Origin: an uncultured Peptococcaceae bacterium
GTDB lineage: Bacteria; Bacillota; Peptococcia; Peptococcales; Peptococcaceae
Direction: 5' to 3'
NCBI GenBank assembly: GCA_900553245.1
Contig: USCP01000001.1
Span: forward strand, 1 to 35,874
Length of the DNA: 35,874 nt
Translations under genes and position numbers: made by a program
In this document: positions 1 through 8,621 of the stretch, in pieces
How the letters are laid out: each line of letters opens with the position of its first letter
How positions within the stretch are numbered: the stretch's first letter is position 1
The notes under the pieces: generated by a model
Databases searched by the model: none
What the model was told of the DNA's origin: nothing
Seen by the model: the letters and a program-made list of their open reading frames with translations, nothing else

Positions 1-1815
1 CCCACCAGCCACACCAATTTCATCCTTGGCTTCGGTCACTAAATGATCTACCAATGGCTTGCCGAGGAACTGCTTAACATTCGCCTTGGTTACGCGCGCC
101 GGCAGCTCATTTTCCTGTAAAAATTGTTCTTTCGCATACTTTCGGCAAACAGTTTCAATCTTTCGTTGCAGTTCACGTACCCCGGCTTCACGGGTATAGT
201 GCACAATGATTTCCTTGATAGCGCCTTCGGTAAAGGAAAGGTCACCCTTTTTCAAACCGTTGGCATCCATGGCCTTCTTCACCAAATATTTTTTTGCAAT
301 CTGCACCTTTTCATATTCGGTATAGCTGGTCATTTCAATGATTTCCATACGGTCACGGAGTGGGCCCGGAATGGCACCAATATCATTGGCTGTAGTGATG
401 AAAAACACCTTTGAAAGATCAAACGGCACTTCTAAGTAATGGTCGCTAAAAGTGTCATTTTGTTCAGGGTCCAAGGCTTCAAGCAAGGCTGCAGATGGAT
501 CGCCCTTGAAATCACGGGTAAGTTTATCAATTTCATCCAACAAAAATACCGGATTGCTTGTACCAACATCAGAAATCCCTTGAATAATACGTCCCGGAAT
601 GGCGCCCACATAGGTACGGCGGGGACCACGAAGTTCTGCCACATCCTGTACACCGCCCAATGCCACTCGAATAAAATCGCGATTGAGCGCACGAGCAATG
701 GATTGCGCCAAAGAAGTCTTCCCAATTCCCGGAGGCCCAACAAAGCACAAAATAGAACCGGCATTATCGTTACGTAAAAACTGTACCGCTAAAAATTCTA
801 AAATACGAGATTTAATTTTATCTAAACCGTAATGATCTGCTTCGAGGATGTTTTTGGCATACTTCAAATCTTTCTTATTTTCTTTGTAGATGCCCCAAGG
901 CAAGCCTACCAAAAATTCCAAATAATTTTGCGTATTACCATATTCCGGAGACATCGGCATAGAATTTCTCATACGCTTTAATTCTTTACGTGCACGTTCT
1001 TTAACCGTTTCCGGCATGAGAGAGGCTTCAATTTTTTCCGCCAATTCATCAAACTCAGCCTCACGGTCTTCGCCTTCACCTAGTTCAGTACGAATGGCCT
1101 TAATTTTTTCACGAAGATAATATTCTTTTTGAGATTTATCAATAGCCGCTTTAACACGTTGATTGATTTCAAACTCTAAAGTAACCATCTCATTTTCATG
1201 CACAAGATATGTCAACAGTTTTTCTAAACGTTGATCAATATACGCATTAGACAAAATTTCATAACGGTCCTCAAAATGAGGTGCAATCATATGGATGGTT
1301 AAATCAATTTTCTTTGCAATATCCTTTTCATTGTGAATTGCTGTCAATTGATTCGCATTCAGTTTTTTCGTTAAGCGATTGAATTTATTAAGCTCACCGG
1401 TCACCTTACTTTCAAGCGCCGGCACCAAATCTTTCGCCACTTCGCTGCTGTACTCATCAACAAGCACATAATACTGTCCACGCATATAGTCTAGCTCAGT
1501 GTCGAGCTGTGTCAGCTGCACACGACTCTCCACCTCAACGGTGATTTTATAGCCACGAATGGAAGGATTCTCTTCAACTTTAATCACACGACCAAACACC
1601 CCGACCGGATACAAGTCATCCATAGTTGGTTGCTCATCATCTGCACGAATCTGTGTAAACAACAATACGCGACCATCATCTTCTTCGGCTTTATTTACCG
1701 CTGTTTTAGAAAGTTCCCTGCCAATATCCAAAACAATACTCGTTCCCGGTAACGCAACGAGCTGTCTTAACGGAATCAAGGCACACCAAGATGGTTTGTT
1801 TTTTGATTCAGCCAT
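1..1815 (-). CDS. lon: ATP-dependent Lon protease, N-terminal ~605 aa (3' end lies beyond the left edge)
   Basis: The minus-strand frame is open from the ATG at 1813-1815 (RBS AAGGAAG upstream) to nt 1 with no stop, which is why it is absent from the ORF track. My translation starts MAESKNKPSWCALIPLRQLVALPG and contains the AAA+ Walker A motif GPPGIGKTS (about nt 720-750). It sits downstream of clpX, as in many Bacillota. Confidence 0.92.
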   Translation of the reverse strand, partial: MAESKNKPSWCALIPLRQLVALPGTSIVLDIGRELSKTAVNKAEEDDGRVLLFTQIRADDEQPTMDDLYPVGVFGRVIKVEENPSIRGYKITVEVESRVQLTQLDTELDYMRGQYYVLVDEYSSEVAKDLVPALESKVTGELNKFNRLTKKLNANQLTAIHNEKDIAKKIDLTIHMIAPHFEDRYEILSNAYIDQRLEKLLTYLVHENEMVTLEFEINQRVKAAIDKSQKEYYLREKIKAIRTELGEGEDREAEFDELAEKIEASLMPETVKERARKELKRMRNSMPMSPEYGNTQNYLEFLVGLPWGIYKENKKDLKYAKNILEADHYGLDKIKSRILEFLAVQFLRNDNAGSILCFVGPPGIGKTSLAQSIARALNRDFIRVALGGVQDVAELRGPRRTYVGAIPGRIIQGISDVGTSNPVFLLDEIDKLTRDFKGDPSAALLEALDPEQNDTFSDHYLEVPFDLSKVFFITTANDIGAIPGPLRDRMEIIEMTSYTEYEKVQIAKKYLVKKAMDANGLKKGDLSFTEGAIKEIIVHYTREAGVRELQRKIETVCRKYAKEQFLQENELPARVTKANVKQFLGKPLVDHLVTEAKDEIGVAGG

Positions 1816-1833
1816 TTAATCACTTCCTTTATT

Positions 1834-1872
1834 TAAAAAAGGCTTTGCAAAGAAACGCCTTGCAAAGCCTTT
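1834..1872 (-). terminator. Intrinsic terminator between clpX and lon
   Basis: A 12-bp stem (1839-1850 pairs with 1860-1871, aaggctttgcaa/ttgcaaagcctt) with a 9-nt loop. It is followed on the minus strand by a T-run (A-run 1835-1840 on +). It ends only about 15 nt before the lon RBS. Confidence 0.6.
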
Positions 1873-1881
1873 GACTTAATC

Positions 1882-3126
1882 TTATTTGTACTCGAGGACC
1901 GGTTCCCCAACGCCAAGAATCGCATCTTTATTGATACGCACACGCACAATATCTTCTCTACTTGGGATATCAAACATGATATCCATCATAACGTTTTCAA
2001 GAATTGCACGCAAACCACGAGCACCGGTCTTTCTCTTCAATGCCTCTTCCGCAATCGCATCCAAGGCATCATCTTCAAAAACCAAGTCAACATGATCCAT
2101 GTCAAACAACTTTTGATATTGCTTAACAAGTGCGTTCTTAGGTTCAACCAAAACACGAATCAATGCGTCTTTGTCCAGTTCTTCCAATGCCACCAAATAT
2201 GGAACTCGGCCGATAAATTCCGGAATTAAGCCAAACTTCAGCAAATCTTCCGGTTCTACTTTCTTCAAAAGCGGTTGTTCTTGTGTTGCTTGCGCATCTT
2301 CATTCGCATCATCAAACACAAACCCCAGGCTTCCCTTACCGGTACGACGTTCAATGATACTCTCAATACCATCGAAGGCACCACCTAAGATAAACAACAC
2401 ATTGGTCGTATCTAATTGAATAAATTCCTGATGTGGGTGCTTTCTTCCACCTTGTGGTGGAATATTGGCAACAGTCCCTTCAATGATTTTTAGGAGGGCC
2501 TGCTGTACCCCTTCACCGGAAACATCTCGCGTAATAGATGGATTATCACTCTTACGCGCAATTTTATCAATTTCGTCGATGTAGATAATCCCATGACTAG
2601 CTGCATCCAAATCAAAATCTGCTGCTTGGATAAGTTTCAAGAGAATGTTTTCAACGTCCTCCCCAACATAACCAGCCTCGGTCAAAGAAGTCGCGTCTGC
2701 AATGGCAAACGGTACATTGAGCACACGCGCCAAAGTTTGCGCCAATAAAGTTTTACCGCTACCGGTCGGCCCAATCAAGCAAATATTGGTCTTTTGCAGT
2801 TCTACATCGTTGTCACTGTCTGTGTCAATATTATTGATGCGTTTGTAGTGATTATACACCGCAACAGAAAGCGCTTTTTTCGCTTCATTTTGACCAATAA
2901 CATATTCATCAAGAACAGCTTTAATTTCTGCTGGTTTCAGATTATTTGCTTCAGAAAATTCTTTTGCAACAGAACCAAATTCTTCTGCCAGAATTTCATT
3001 ACAAATTTTTACGCATTCATCGCAAATAAAGACACCTTGACCAGCAATCAACTTGTTCACTTCGTTTTGCGCTTTCCCACAAAAGGAACAACGAAGTTCA
3101 TTCTCCAGATTGTCGTTTTTATCCAT
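1882..3126 (-). CDS. clpX: ATP-dependent Clp protease ATP-binding subunit ClpX
   Basis: 414-aa ORF with an N-terminal C4 zinc ribbon (CSFCGK...CDEC), Walker A GPTGSGKT and Walker [10 protein letters not shown]. It sits directly downstream of clpP. Confidence 0.97.
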   Translation of the reverse strand: MDKNDNLENELRCSFCGKAQNEVNKLIAGQGVFICDECVKICNEILAEEFGSVAKEFSEANNLKPAEIKAVLDEYVIGQNEAKKALSVAVYNHYKRINNIDTDSDNDVELQKTNICLIGPTGSGKTLLAQTLARVLNVPFAIADATSLTEAGYVGEDVENILLKLIQAADFDLDAASHGIIYIDEIDKIARKSDNPSITRDVSGEGVQQALLKIIEGTVANIPPQGGRKHPHQEFIQLDTTNVLFILGGAFDGIESIIERRTGKGSLGFVFDDANEDAQATQEQPLLKKVEPEDLLKFGLIPEFIGRVPYLVALEELDKDALIRVLVEPKNALVKQYQKLFDMDHVDLVFEDDALDAIAEEALKRKTGARGLRAILENVMMDIMFDIPSREDIVRVRINKDAILGVGEPVLEYK

Positions 3127-3144
3127 TAAACAAGCTCCAATCTT

Positions 3145-3772
3145 TTAATGACGTTGAATCACTTTATCAATCAAACCATATTCCATCGCAGCTTGCGCTT
3201 CCATGAAATAATCACGTTCGGTATCTTGACGAACTTTTTCAAGGTCTTGACCCGTTCTTTCGGATAAAATACGGTTCATTTTATCCTTGATTTCAATAAT
3301 ACGTCTTGCGTGAATTTCGATATCTGTGGCTTGACCAGATGCACCACCCAATGGTTGGTGAATCATGATTTCACTGTTTGGCAATGCAAAACGCTTGCCT
3401 TTGATGACTCTGCGCAAGCTGTGGCAATAAAAACCGCTTCCTTTTTTCGCCAGCCGCGAGCAAAAATGCCCCCATACTGGCTGCCATCCCTACACAGAAA
3501 GTGCATACGTCTGGTTTAACGTATTGCATGGTATCAAAAATAGCCATCCCGGCGGTTACCGAACCGCCAGGGCTATTGATGTACATGAAAATATCTTTTT
3601 TAGGATCATCAGCTTCCAGGAAGAGAAGTTGGGCGATGATTGCATTGGCAGAGTCATCAGTGACTTCACCACCAAGGAAAATGATTCTGTCTTTCAACAA
3701 TCTTGAGTAGATATCGTAGGAGCGTTCCCCTTGACCAGTTTGTTCAATAACATAAGGTACCAGATAGCTCAT
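3145..3772 (-). pseudogene. clpP: ClpP proteolytic subunit with the frame broken by a 43-nt insertion
   Basis: Two overlapping ORFs (3371-3772 and 3145-3417) together give a complete ClpP: [31 protein letters not shown]...[16 protein letters not shown] // [31 protein letters not shown]...). The Ser (GMAASMG) and His (MIHQP) motifs are present. The span is 628 nt and not a multiple of 3. The 43 extra nt (3400-3442) lie between the GEK and GKR codons. Confidence 0.9.
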
Positions 3773-3816
3773 TGTTCAAATTCCTTTCTATATTCCTGTC
3801 TACTGAAGCAACTGAA

Positions 3817-5115
3817 TTACTTAATAACAGCGTTTTCGAAGAGCTTATCCATTACCTTTTCGAACTTGATGCTGTTTCTGAGGGATTCAGTTTGACCTTG
3901 AACCATGAAAATTTGCTTCAATTGGTCTTTTTCCATTTGATAGTACTTGGAGAGCTTATCGTATTCAGCATCCATTTCTTCTTCGGTAACGTCGATTTCT
4001 TCACGTTCAGCAATTTCAGCAAGAACGAGCTGTTGCTTTACAGAAGCTTCTGCACGGCCGGTAAATTCTTTCTTCACATCTTCTTCGCTGCTGTTGGTCA
4101 ATTGATAATATTGTTCCATTTCAATACCTTGTGCGCGAAGGTTGTAGGTCATTTCGTTGAGGTAGTTTTCTACTTCTTTTTCTACCATGGATTCAGGTGC
4201 TACAACATCGGAATCTTCGGTAACCTTGTTTGCAATGCTTGCTTTGTAGTGGTTGAGTGCGGATTCTTCGCGTTGCTTTTCCATTTCTTCGCGGAGATTT
4301 GCCTTGTATTCATCAAGGGTATCAAATTCACTTACATCTTTAGCAAATTCATCATCCAATGGAGCGAGTTGTTTACGCTTAATAGCGTTAACCTTTACGG
4401 TAAATACAACTGCAGCGCCAGCCAAGTCATCTGCATGGTATTCTTCTGGGAAGGTCAAATCGAGATCTTTTTCTTCGCCAAGCTTCATACCAACCATGCC
4501 TTCTTCGAAGCCAGGGATAAAGCTGTGGGAACCGATGGTTAATTCATAGTTTTCAGCGGTGCCACCTTCAAATGCAACGCCATCTTTCTTCCCGCAGAAG
4601 TTAAGAAGAACGATATCGCCATCTTCAACAGTAGCGTTTTCATCTTCAACATCTTCGATTAATGCAGTGTTGCTACGGGTTTGTTCGATTTCTTTATCGA
4701 TGTCTTCTTCGCTAACAGTGGTTTCAACCTTTTCTAATTCGATACCCATGTATTCACCGAGGGTAATTTCTTGCTTGGTATCTACAACAGCGGTAAATAC
4801 GAATGGCTTACCTGCTTCGAGAGTAACAACGTCGAACTTAGGTTGAGCGATAGGCTTAATATCTTCGTTAGCCTTTACAGCTTCTACATATTCAGGGAAT
4901 ACACACATTTCAGCTGCGTCAAAATAGAAGAAATCTTTGCCATAGTATTGTTCGATGATTTGACGTGGCGCATGGCCCTTACGGAACCCAGGGATATTGA
5001 TTTTGCCCTTGCGTTCTTGATAAGCCTTTTGTACATATTCCTTAAAATCTTCTTCAGGAACTTCGATGGTCAATTCCACTTGAACCTTATCGAGTTGTTT
5101 CTTTTCTACCTTCAT
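3817..5115 (-). CDS. tig: Trigger factor (ribosome-associated chaperone / PPIase)
   Basis: The ORF track gives 3817-5205. I place the start at the ATG at 5113-5115 (MKVEKKQLDKVQVELTIEV...), preceded by the AGGAGGA RBS (5122-5128 on +). 432 aa, typical trigger factor length and N-terminus. Conserved tig-clpP-clpX order. Confidence 0.93.
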   Translation of the reverse strand: MKVEKKQLDKVQVELTIEVPEEDFKEYVQKAYQERKGKINIPGFRKGHAPRQIIEQYYGKDFFYFDAAEMCVFPEYVEAVKANEDIKPIAQPKFDVVTLEAGKPFVFTAVVDTKQEITLGEYMGIELEKVETTVSEEDIDKEIEQTRSNTALIEDVEDENATVEDGDIVLLNFCGKKDGVAFEGGTAENYELTIGSHSFIPGFEEGMVGMKLGEEKDLDLTFPEEYHADDLAGAAVVFTVKVNAIKRKQLAPLDDEFAKDVSEFDTLDEYKANLREEMEKQREESALNHYKASIANKVTEDSDVVAPESMVEKEVENYLNEMTYNLRAQGIEMEQYYQLTNSSEEDVKKEFTGRAEASVKQQLVLAEIAEREEIDVTEEEMDAEYDKLSKYYQMEKDQLKQIFMVQGQTESLRNSIKFEKVMDKLFENAVIK

Positions 5116-5210
5116 AAATGATCCTCCTAAGAATAAGCCTTTTATTGTTATCTCACAGTCATATCCATAGCATATAATCCTGCAAGAACCACAAATACTA
5201 TTCAATAATA

Positions 5211-5236
5211 TAAAAAAAGCGACTGGTTAAGTCGCA
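5211..5236 (-). terminator. Short intrinsic terminator after tRNA-Gly copy 1
   Basis: A 6-bp stem (gcgact 5219-5224 pairs with agtcgc 5230-5235). It is flanked by an A7 run (5212-5218) that reads as a T-run after the hairpin on the minus strand. The stem is weak. Confidence 0.45.
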
Positions 5237-5245
5237 ATTTTTTAG

Positions 5246-5317
5246 AGCGGAAAACGAGATTCGAACTCGCGACCCTCGCCTTGGCAAGGCGATGCTCTAC
5301 CACTGAGCCATTTCCGC
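5246..5317 (-). tRNA. tRNA-Gly (anticodon GCC), copy 1
   Basis: The reverse complement GCGGAAATGGCTCAGTGGTAGAGCATCGCCTTGCCAAGGCGAGGGTCGCGAGTTCGAATCTCGTTTTCCGCT folds by hand into a 72-nt cloverleaf. It has a 7-bp acceptor stem, D arm GCTC/GAGC, anticodon stem TCGCC/GGCGA with loop TTGCCAA, and a T arm with GTTCGAATC. CCA is not encoded. Confidence 0.93.
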
Positions 5318-5361
5318 ATGTTGTTTCAGGCTCCCTTGTTGACCGCCCTTCAACGATATTT

Positions 5362-5390
5362 ATCTTACCATTGTTTTATAAATAATGCAA
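5362..5390 (-). promoter_or_regulatory. Sigma-A-type promoter for tRNA-Gly copy 1
   Basis: On the minus strand: TTGCAT (5385-5390), a 17-nt spacer, then TAAGAT (5362-5367), about 45 nt upstream of the mature tRNA 5' end. Confidence 0.55.
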
Positions 5391-5514
5391 GCCCTTTTTA
5401 CAACTTTTTTCATTTTATTTTTAAGTTTCTTTACCTGCCATATTGAATCACCAGAACACATTTTGATATGAAAGTGCATCCGTTATATACTAAAATACAG
5501 CAATATTTCAGAAA

Positions 5515-5540
5515 CAAAAAAGCACTCCGTCCGGAGTGCT
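5515..5540 (-). terminator. Intrinsic terminator after tRNA-Gly copy 2
   Basis: An 8-bp stem (agcactcc 5521-5528 pairs with ggagtgct 5533-5540) followed on the minus strand by TTTTTTG (A-run 5516-5520 on +). Confidence 0.6.
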
Positions 5541-5543
5541 AAG

Positions 5544-5615
5544 AGCGGAAAACGAGATTCGAACTCGCGACCCTCGCCTTGGCAAGGCGATGCTCTACCA
5601 CTGAGCCATTTCCGC
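5544..5615 (-). tRNA. tRNA-Gly (anticodon GCC), copy 2
   Basis: 72 nt, identical in sequence to copy 1 and offset by exactly 298 nt. Confidence 0.93.
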
Positions 5616-5659
5616 ATGTTGTTTCAGGCTTTCTTGTCGACCGCCCTTCAACGATATTT

Positions 5660-5688
5660 ATCTTACCATTGTTTTATAAATAATGCAA
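5660..5688 (-). promoter_or_regulatory. Sigma-A-type promoter for tRNA-Gly copy 2
   Basis: The same TTGCAT-N17-TAAGAT arrangement as copy 1, at +298 nt (5683-5688 and 5660-5665). Confidence 0.55.
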
Positions 5689-5847
5689 GCCTTTTTTACA
5701 ATTTTTTTCATTTTATTTTTCATGTTCATCATTCATTCATAATTCCCTATAAAAACTGTTCATATTGTATGACTTTTACTTTATTTTTACCTAAAAATAG
5801 AGTATCTTAGTAGATGAATAAGTTCATAAATGACAAAGGAGGATTCT

Positions 5848-6840
5848 ATGTCTATTAAAATTGGTATTAACGGCTTTGGTCGTATCGGTCGTTTGGTTGC
5901 TCGTATCGCTGTCATGGATCCGGAAGTTGAATTGGTTGCTATTAACTCTACTTCTGATGCAGAAGGGACCGCTCGTCTCTTTGAATACGACTCCACCCAC
6001 GGCATCTTCAAGGGTGACGTTTCTTATGAAGAAGGGGTTTTGATCGTTAACGGACAACGTATTACCCTTTTCAGTGACCGTGATCCTAAAAACCTCAAAT
6101 GGGGTGAAGTTGGTGCCGATATCGTGATTGATTCCACCGGTAAGTTCAAAACCATCGACACTGCTTCCGTACACCTCGAAACCGGCGCAAAGAAAGTTGT
6201 TATCACTGCACCAAGTAGCGATGCGCCTATGATTGTTATGGGTGTTAACGAAGACAGCTATGACCCATCCATGAAAGTTGTTTCCAATGCAAGTTGCACC
6301 ACCAACTGCTTGGCACCTGTTACCAAAGTGCTCTTTGATAACTTTACTATCAAGAGCGGTGCAATGACCACCGTCCACTCTTTCACCAATGACCAAAAGA
6401 ACTTGGACGCTCGTCACAAAGACCCACGTCGCGCTCGCGGCTGTGTACAATCCATCATCCCTACCACTACTGGCGCTGCAAAAGCTATGGGTAAAATCAT
6501 CCCTGAATTAAATGGTAAGATGAATGGTTTTGCACTCCGTGTTCCAACTCCTAACGTTTCCTTGACCGACGTTGTATTTGAAATTGAAGAAGATTTCACC
6601 GTTGAACAAGTAAACAACCTCTTCAAAGAAGCTGCCGAAGGTTCCATGAAAGGTATTCTCGGCTATTCTGATAAACCACTCGTTTCTATTGACTACAACA
6701 CTGACCCACGTTCTTCTATCGTTGACGGTCTTTCTACCATGAAGGTAGGCGATAACCTCCTCAAGGTCATCGCTTGGTACGACAACGAATGGGGCTACAG
6801 CAACCGTGTTATCGATTTAGCAAAATACATTGCTAAGTAA
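5848..6840 (+). CDS. gap: Glyceraldehyde-3-phosphate dehydrogenase
   Basis: I place the start at the ATG at 5848 (MSIKIGINGFGRIGR...), 5 nt after the AAGGAGG RBS. The ORF-track start at 5830 lacks an RBS. It has the NAD-binding motif NGFGRIGR and the catalytic motif SNASCTTN. 330 aa. Confidence 0.95.
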   Translation: MSIKIGINGFGRIGRLVARIAVMDPEVELVAINSTSDAEGTARLFEYDSTHGIFKGDVSYEEGVLIVNGQRITLFSDRDPKNLKWGEVGADIVIDSTGKFKTIDTASVHLETGAKKVVITAPSSDAPMIVMGVNEDSYDPSMKVVSNASCTTNCLAPVTKVLFDNFTIKSGAMTTVHSFTNDQKNLDARHKDPRRARGCVQSIIPTTTGAAKAMGKIIPELNGKMNGFALRVPTPNVSLTDVVFEIEEDFTVEQVNNLFKEAAEGSMKGILGYSDKPLVSIDYNTDPRSSIVDGLSTMKVGDNLLKVIAWYDNEWGYSNRVIDLAKYIAK

Positions 6841-6846
6841 TTGTAT

Positions 6847-6883
6847 AAAAAACGGACGTTACATTTGTAACGTCCGTTTTTTT
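6847..6883. terminator. Bidirectional intrinsic terminator shared by gap (+) and the histidine kinase gene (-)
   Basis: A perfect 13-bp stem (aacggacgttaca 6851-6863 pairs with tgtaacgtccgtt 6866-6878). It is flanked by an A-run on the left and a T7 run on the right. Confidence 0.8.
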
Positions 6884-7829
6884 ATGTGCCAACCTTCTTT
6901 AGTCCCACAGTAAAACAAATCCATCTTTTCTCCGTCATATCATCTTCAGTAGGCAACATAACAGCATCCATCGTACCATCCATTTCTTCAACCAGCCCTC
7001 GGGCAATGGTAAGTCCCAAACCGCTACTCCCTGTCGGCCGCGCTTTGTCGCCTGCGTAAAAACGTTCAAATAGATGATGTAAATCATTTTCTTTGAGCAC
7101 CTCGGTATCATTGACGACTTGCAATTGCACCGTTTCTTCGCGCTCAGCAACCTTAACTTGAAGATTGCTTTTCGCATAACGCGCCACATTTTGCAACAAA
7201 TTGGTTACAACACGCTCCAGCGCACCGGCATCCGCGATTACCCACTGAGGCGTTTCATCAATAGATACCGAAACATCAATGCCTGCTTGTTCTAAAAGGA
7301 AAACATTATTTAATAACGTTTCCCGCACCACTTTTCCCATGTCAACCGCTTCGCATGCCAACACAGTGTCATTAGCAATCAACCGCGAATACTCATAAAA
7401 TTGATTCACCAGTCGTTCCATTCCATCGGCTTTTCGTCGCAGGACATCAAGCGTCTCCGCCAATTCATTAGCATCTAACTTGCCACACTTATTTTGTTCA
7501 CTCATCATAGAAAGGTAACCGACGATTACTGTGAGTGGCGTACGTAAATCATGACTAATGGCCTCAATCTGCTCCTGAAAGGCACGTTCTCGACAGTCAG
7601 ATTGAATGCGTTCCTCTTGAAATCGCTGAACCATTTGATTGATGCCACAAGCTAGCGCTTCTAGGTCTTTGTTTGGCACGGAAAGGTGCATCCTACGGTT
7701 TTGCATGACATCCTCTTCAATATGTGCCAATTGCTCAATGGCATCTTGCAACGCATTCTTTAGAAGTACATAGCGCACTACTAAAAATATCACCAGTACA
7801 ACAACACCAGCAATCACCACCCATTCCAT
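6882..7829 (-). CDS. Sensor histidine kinase with a single N-terminal TM helix and no extracytoplasmic domain
   Basis: 315 aa. It starts with MEWVVIAGVVVLVIFLVVRYVLL (one TM helix) and has an H-box ISHDLRTPLTVIVGY, an N-box LLQNVARYA and a G2 box GSSGLGLTIARGLVE. Confidence 0.85.
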   Translation of the reverse strand: MEWVVIAGVVVLVIFLVVRYVLLKNALQDAIEQLAHIEEDVMQNRRMHLSVPNKDLEALACGINQMVQRFQEERIQSDCRERAFQEQIEAISHDLRTPLTVIVGYLSMMSEQNKCGKLDANELAETLDVLRRKADGMERLVNQFYEYSRLIANDTVLACEAVDMGKVVRETLLNNVFLLEQAGIDVSVSIDETPQWVIADAGALERVVTNLLQNVARYAKSNLQVKVAEREETVQLQVVNDTEVLKENDLHHLFERFYAGDKARPTGSSGLGLTIARGLVEEMDGTMDAVMLPTEDDMTEKRWICFTVGLKKVGT

Positions 7830-7847
7830 GCCGATACCTCCTTGTTA

Positions 7848-8621
7848 TTACACCTCTTTTTTTCTAATGCGCCAAAGCCCCACTAAACCGAAAATAACAA
7901 TGCCGGCAAAACCGGAAATAAGACACTTTTCAAGTCCATCAGCCGTTTGCCAAACCGGCTCGAAATTAGACATATTCACAGTGTGCATCAAGTCGAAAAA
8001 GTTTTTCGGCATCCATAGGGCAACCTCTTGTAACCCTGTAAACTTAAGCCCTAATAAAAAGAATGCCAAAGGGATAAATTCAAAAACCGCAAAGAACAAC
8101 AAAATGCTGCTCCAGTCTGTATACATCACTATAAGCAATGTAATGCTCAATACCACCGCAGAAACTCCAATCAAATAGCCCACCGCCGCAGTCTCAAACA
8201 CGTCCTGCCATACAATCGGACCTGCCGTCTGTAATAATAGCTCTGCACTTCCGACATAGGTCATTAAAGTGCCTAGCAGGATCAAACTACAAATAACAGT
8301 GGCAACGATGCATTGACCGACAAAGATTTTCATTCTATCGATGCCAAGCGCAACAACATTTTTGAGCGCCCCGTTTCTCCGAGTGCCATCATACAAAATA
8401 AAGCTCACTAACAACGCACTATACGCCATCCACATTGGATTCGCAACAAAGTTCGAGTAAGAAAATGACGTTATTGCATACGGAAAACTTGCATCATTGT
8501 GCGCAAAAAATAGCAATAGCCCATTCACCGCAACCGGCAATCCCATAAAAACAGCAAGCGTCACATAGAATGTGCGTGAATGAAAAATGCGATAAAACTC
8601 ACTTCTTATATAATTAAGCAT
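7848..8621 (-). CDS. ABC-2 type permease, resembling lantibiotic/antimicrobial-peptide immunity permeases (MutE/EpiE-like)
   Basis: 257 aa and hydrophobic throughout (about 6 predicted TM segments). Its start overlaps the stop of the upstream ATPase gene by 8 nt. The N-terminus MLNYIRSEFYRIFHSR is typical of ABC-2 permeases. The subfamily assignment is from memory of family features only. Confidence 0.7.
   Translation of the reverse strand: MLNYIRSEFYRIFHSRTFYVTLAVFMGLPVAVNGLLLFFAHNDASFPYAITSFSYSNFVANPMWMAYSALLVSFILYDGTRRNGALKNVVALGIDRMKIFVGQCIVATVICSLILLGTLMTYVGSAELLLQTAGPIVWQDVFETAAVGYLIGVSAVVLSITLLIVMYTDWSSILLFFAVFEFIPLAFFLLGLKFTGLQEVALWMPKNFFDLMHTVNMSNFEPVWQTADGLEKCLISGFAGIVIFGLVGLWRIRKKEV

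Larger units (their letters stand above)
5244..5720. repeat. Tandem duplication of a tRNA-Gly transcription unit (two ~179-nt copies, 298-nt period)
   Basis: 5244-5422 and 5542-5720 align with only a few substitutions, for example ggctcccttgttgacc versus ggctttcttgtcgacc. The homology covers the tRNA plus about 105 nt of its promoter and leader. Confidence 0.85.

Noticed and set aside
3400-3447. T4 gene 60-style translational bypass of the clpP insert (matched AAA...AAA codons) and of the dapB insert at 12895-12914 (matched GGT...GGT codons)
   Set aside because: Matched codons at both edges are the expected footprint of a tandem duplication. There is no stop codon right after the take-off codon, and I could see no take-off stem-loop. 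I kept only the simpler +1 shift / homopolymer explanations as a finding.
3772-4542. A 256-aa + strand ORF, plus 4253-4549, 4559-4846 and 4771-5121, opposite tig
   Set aside because: These are antisense shadows of a strongly supported gene. The translations are low-complexity (F/L/S-rich), with no RBS and no recognisable motifs.
5116-5205. N-terminal extensions in the ORF track: tig 5205, gap 5830, ABC ATPase 9561, trmL 14576, recA 18735, ddl 19864, pyrK 26465, pyrB 28680, ahcY 28871, dinG 30172, permease 35611
   Set aside because: In each case a downstream start has a proper Shine-Dalgarno at 5-9 nt and yields the canonical family N-terminus. The longest-ORF starts lack an RBS or overlap the upstream gene implausibly.
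5616-5810. A 64-aa + strand ORF after tRNA-Gly copy 2, and a 24-aa ORF at about 5469-5543
   Set aside because: They lie on the opposite strand to, and across, the duplicated tRNA promoter/leader sequence. They are AT-rich and low-complexity with no RBS.
5824-6450. A 208-aa minus-strand ORF opposite gap
   Set aside because: It lies entirely inside and antisense to the GAPDH gene. It has no start context or motifs. Long antisense ORFs are common opposite highly expressed genes with biased codons.
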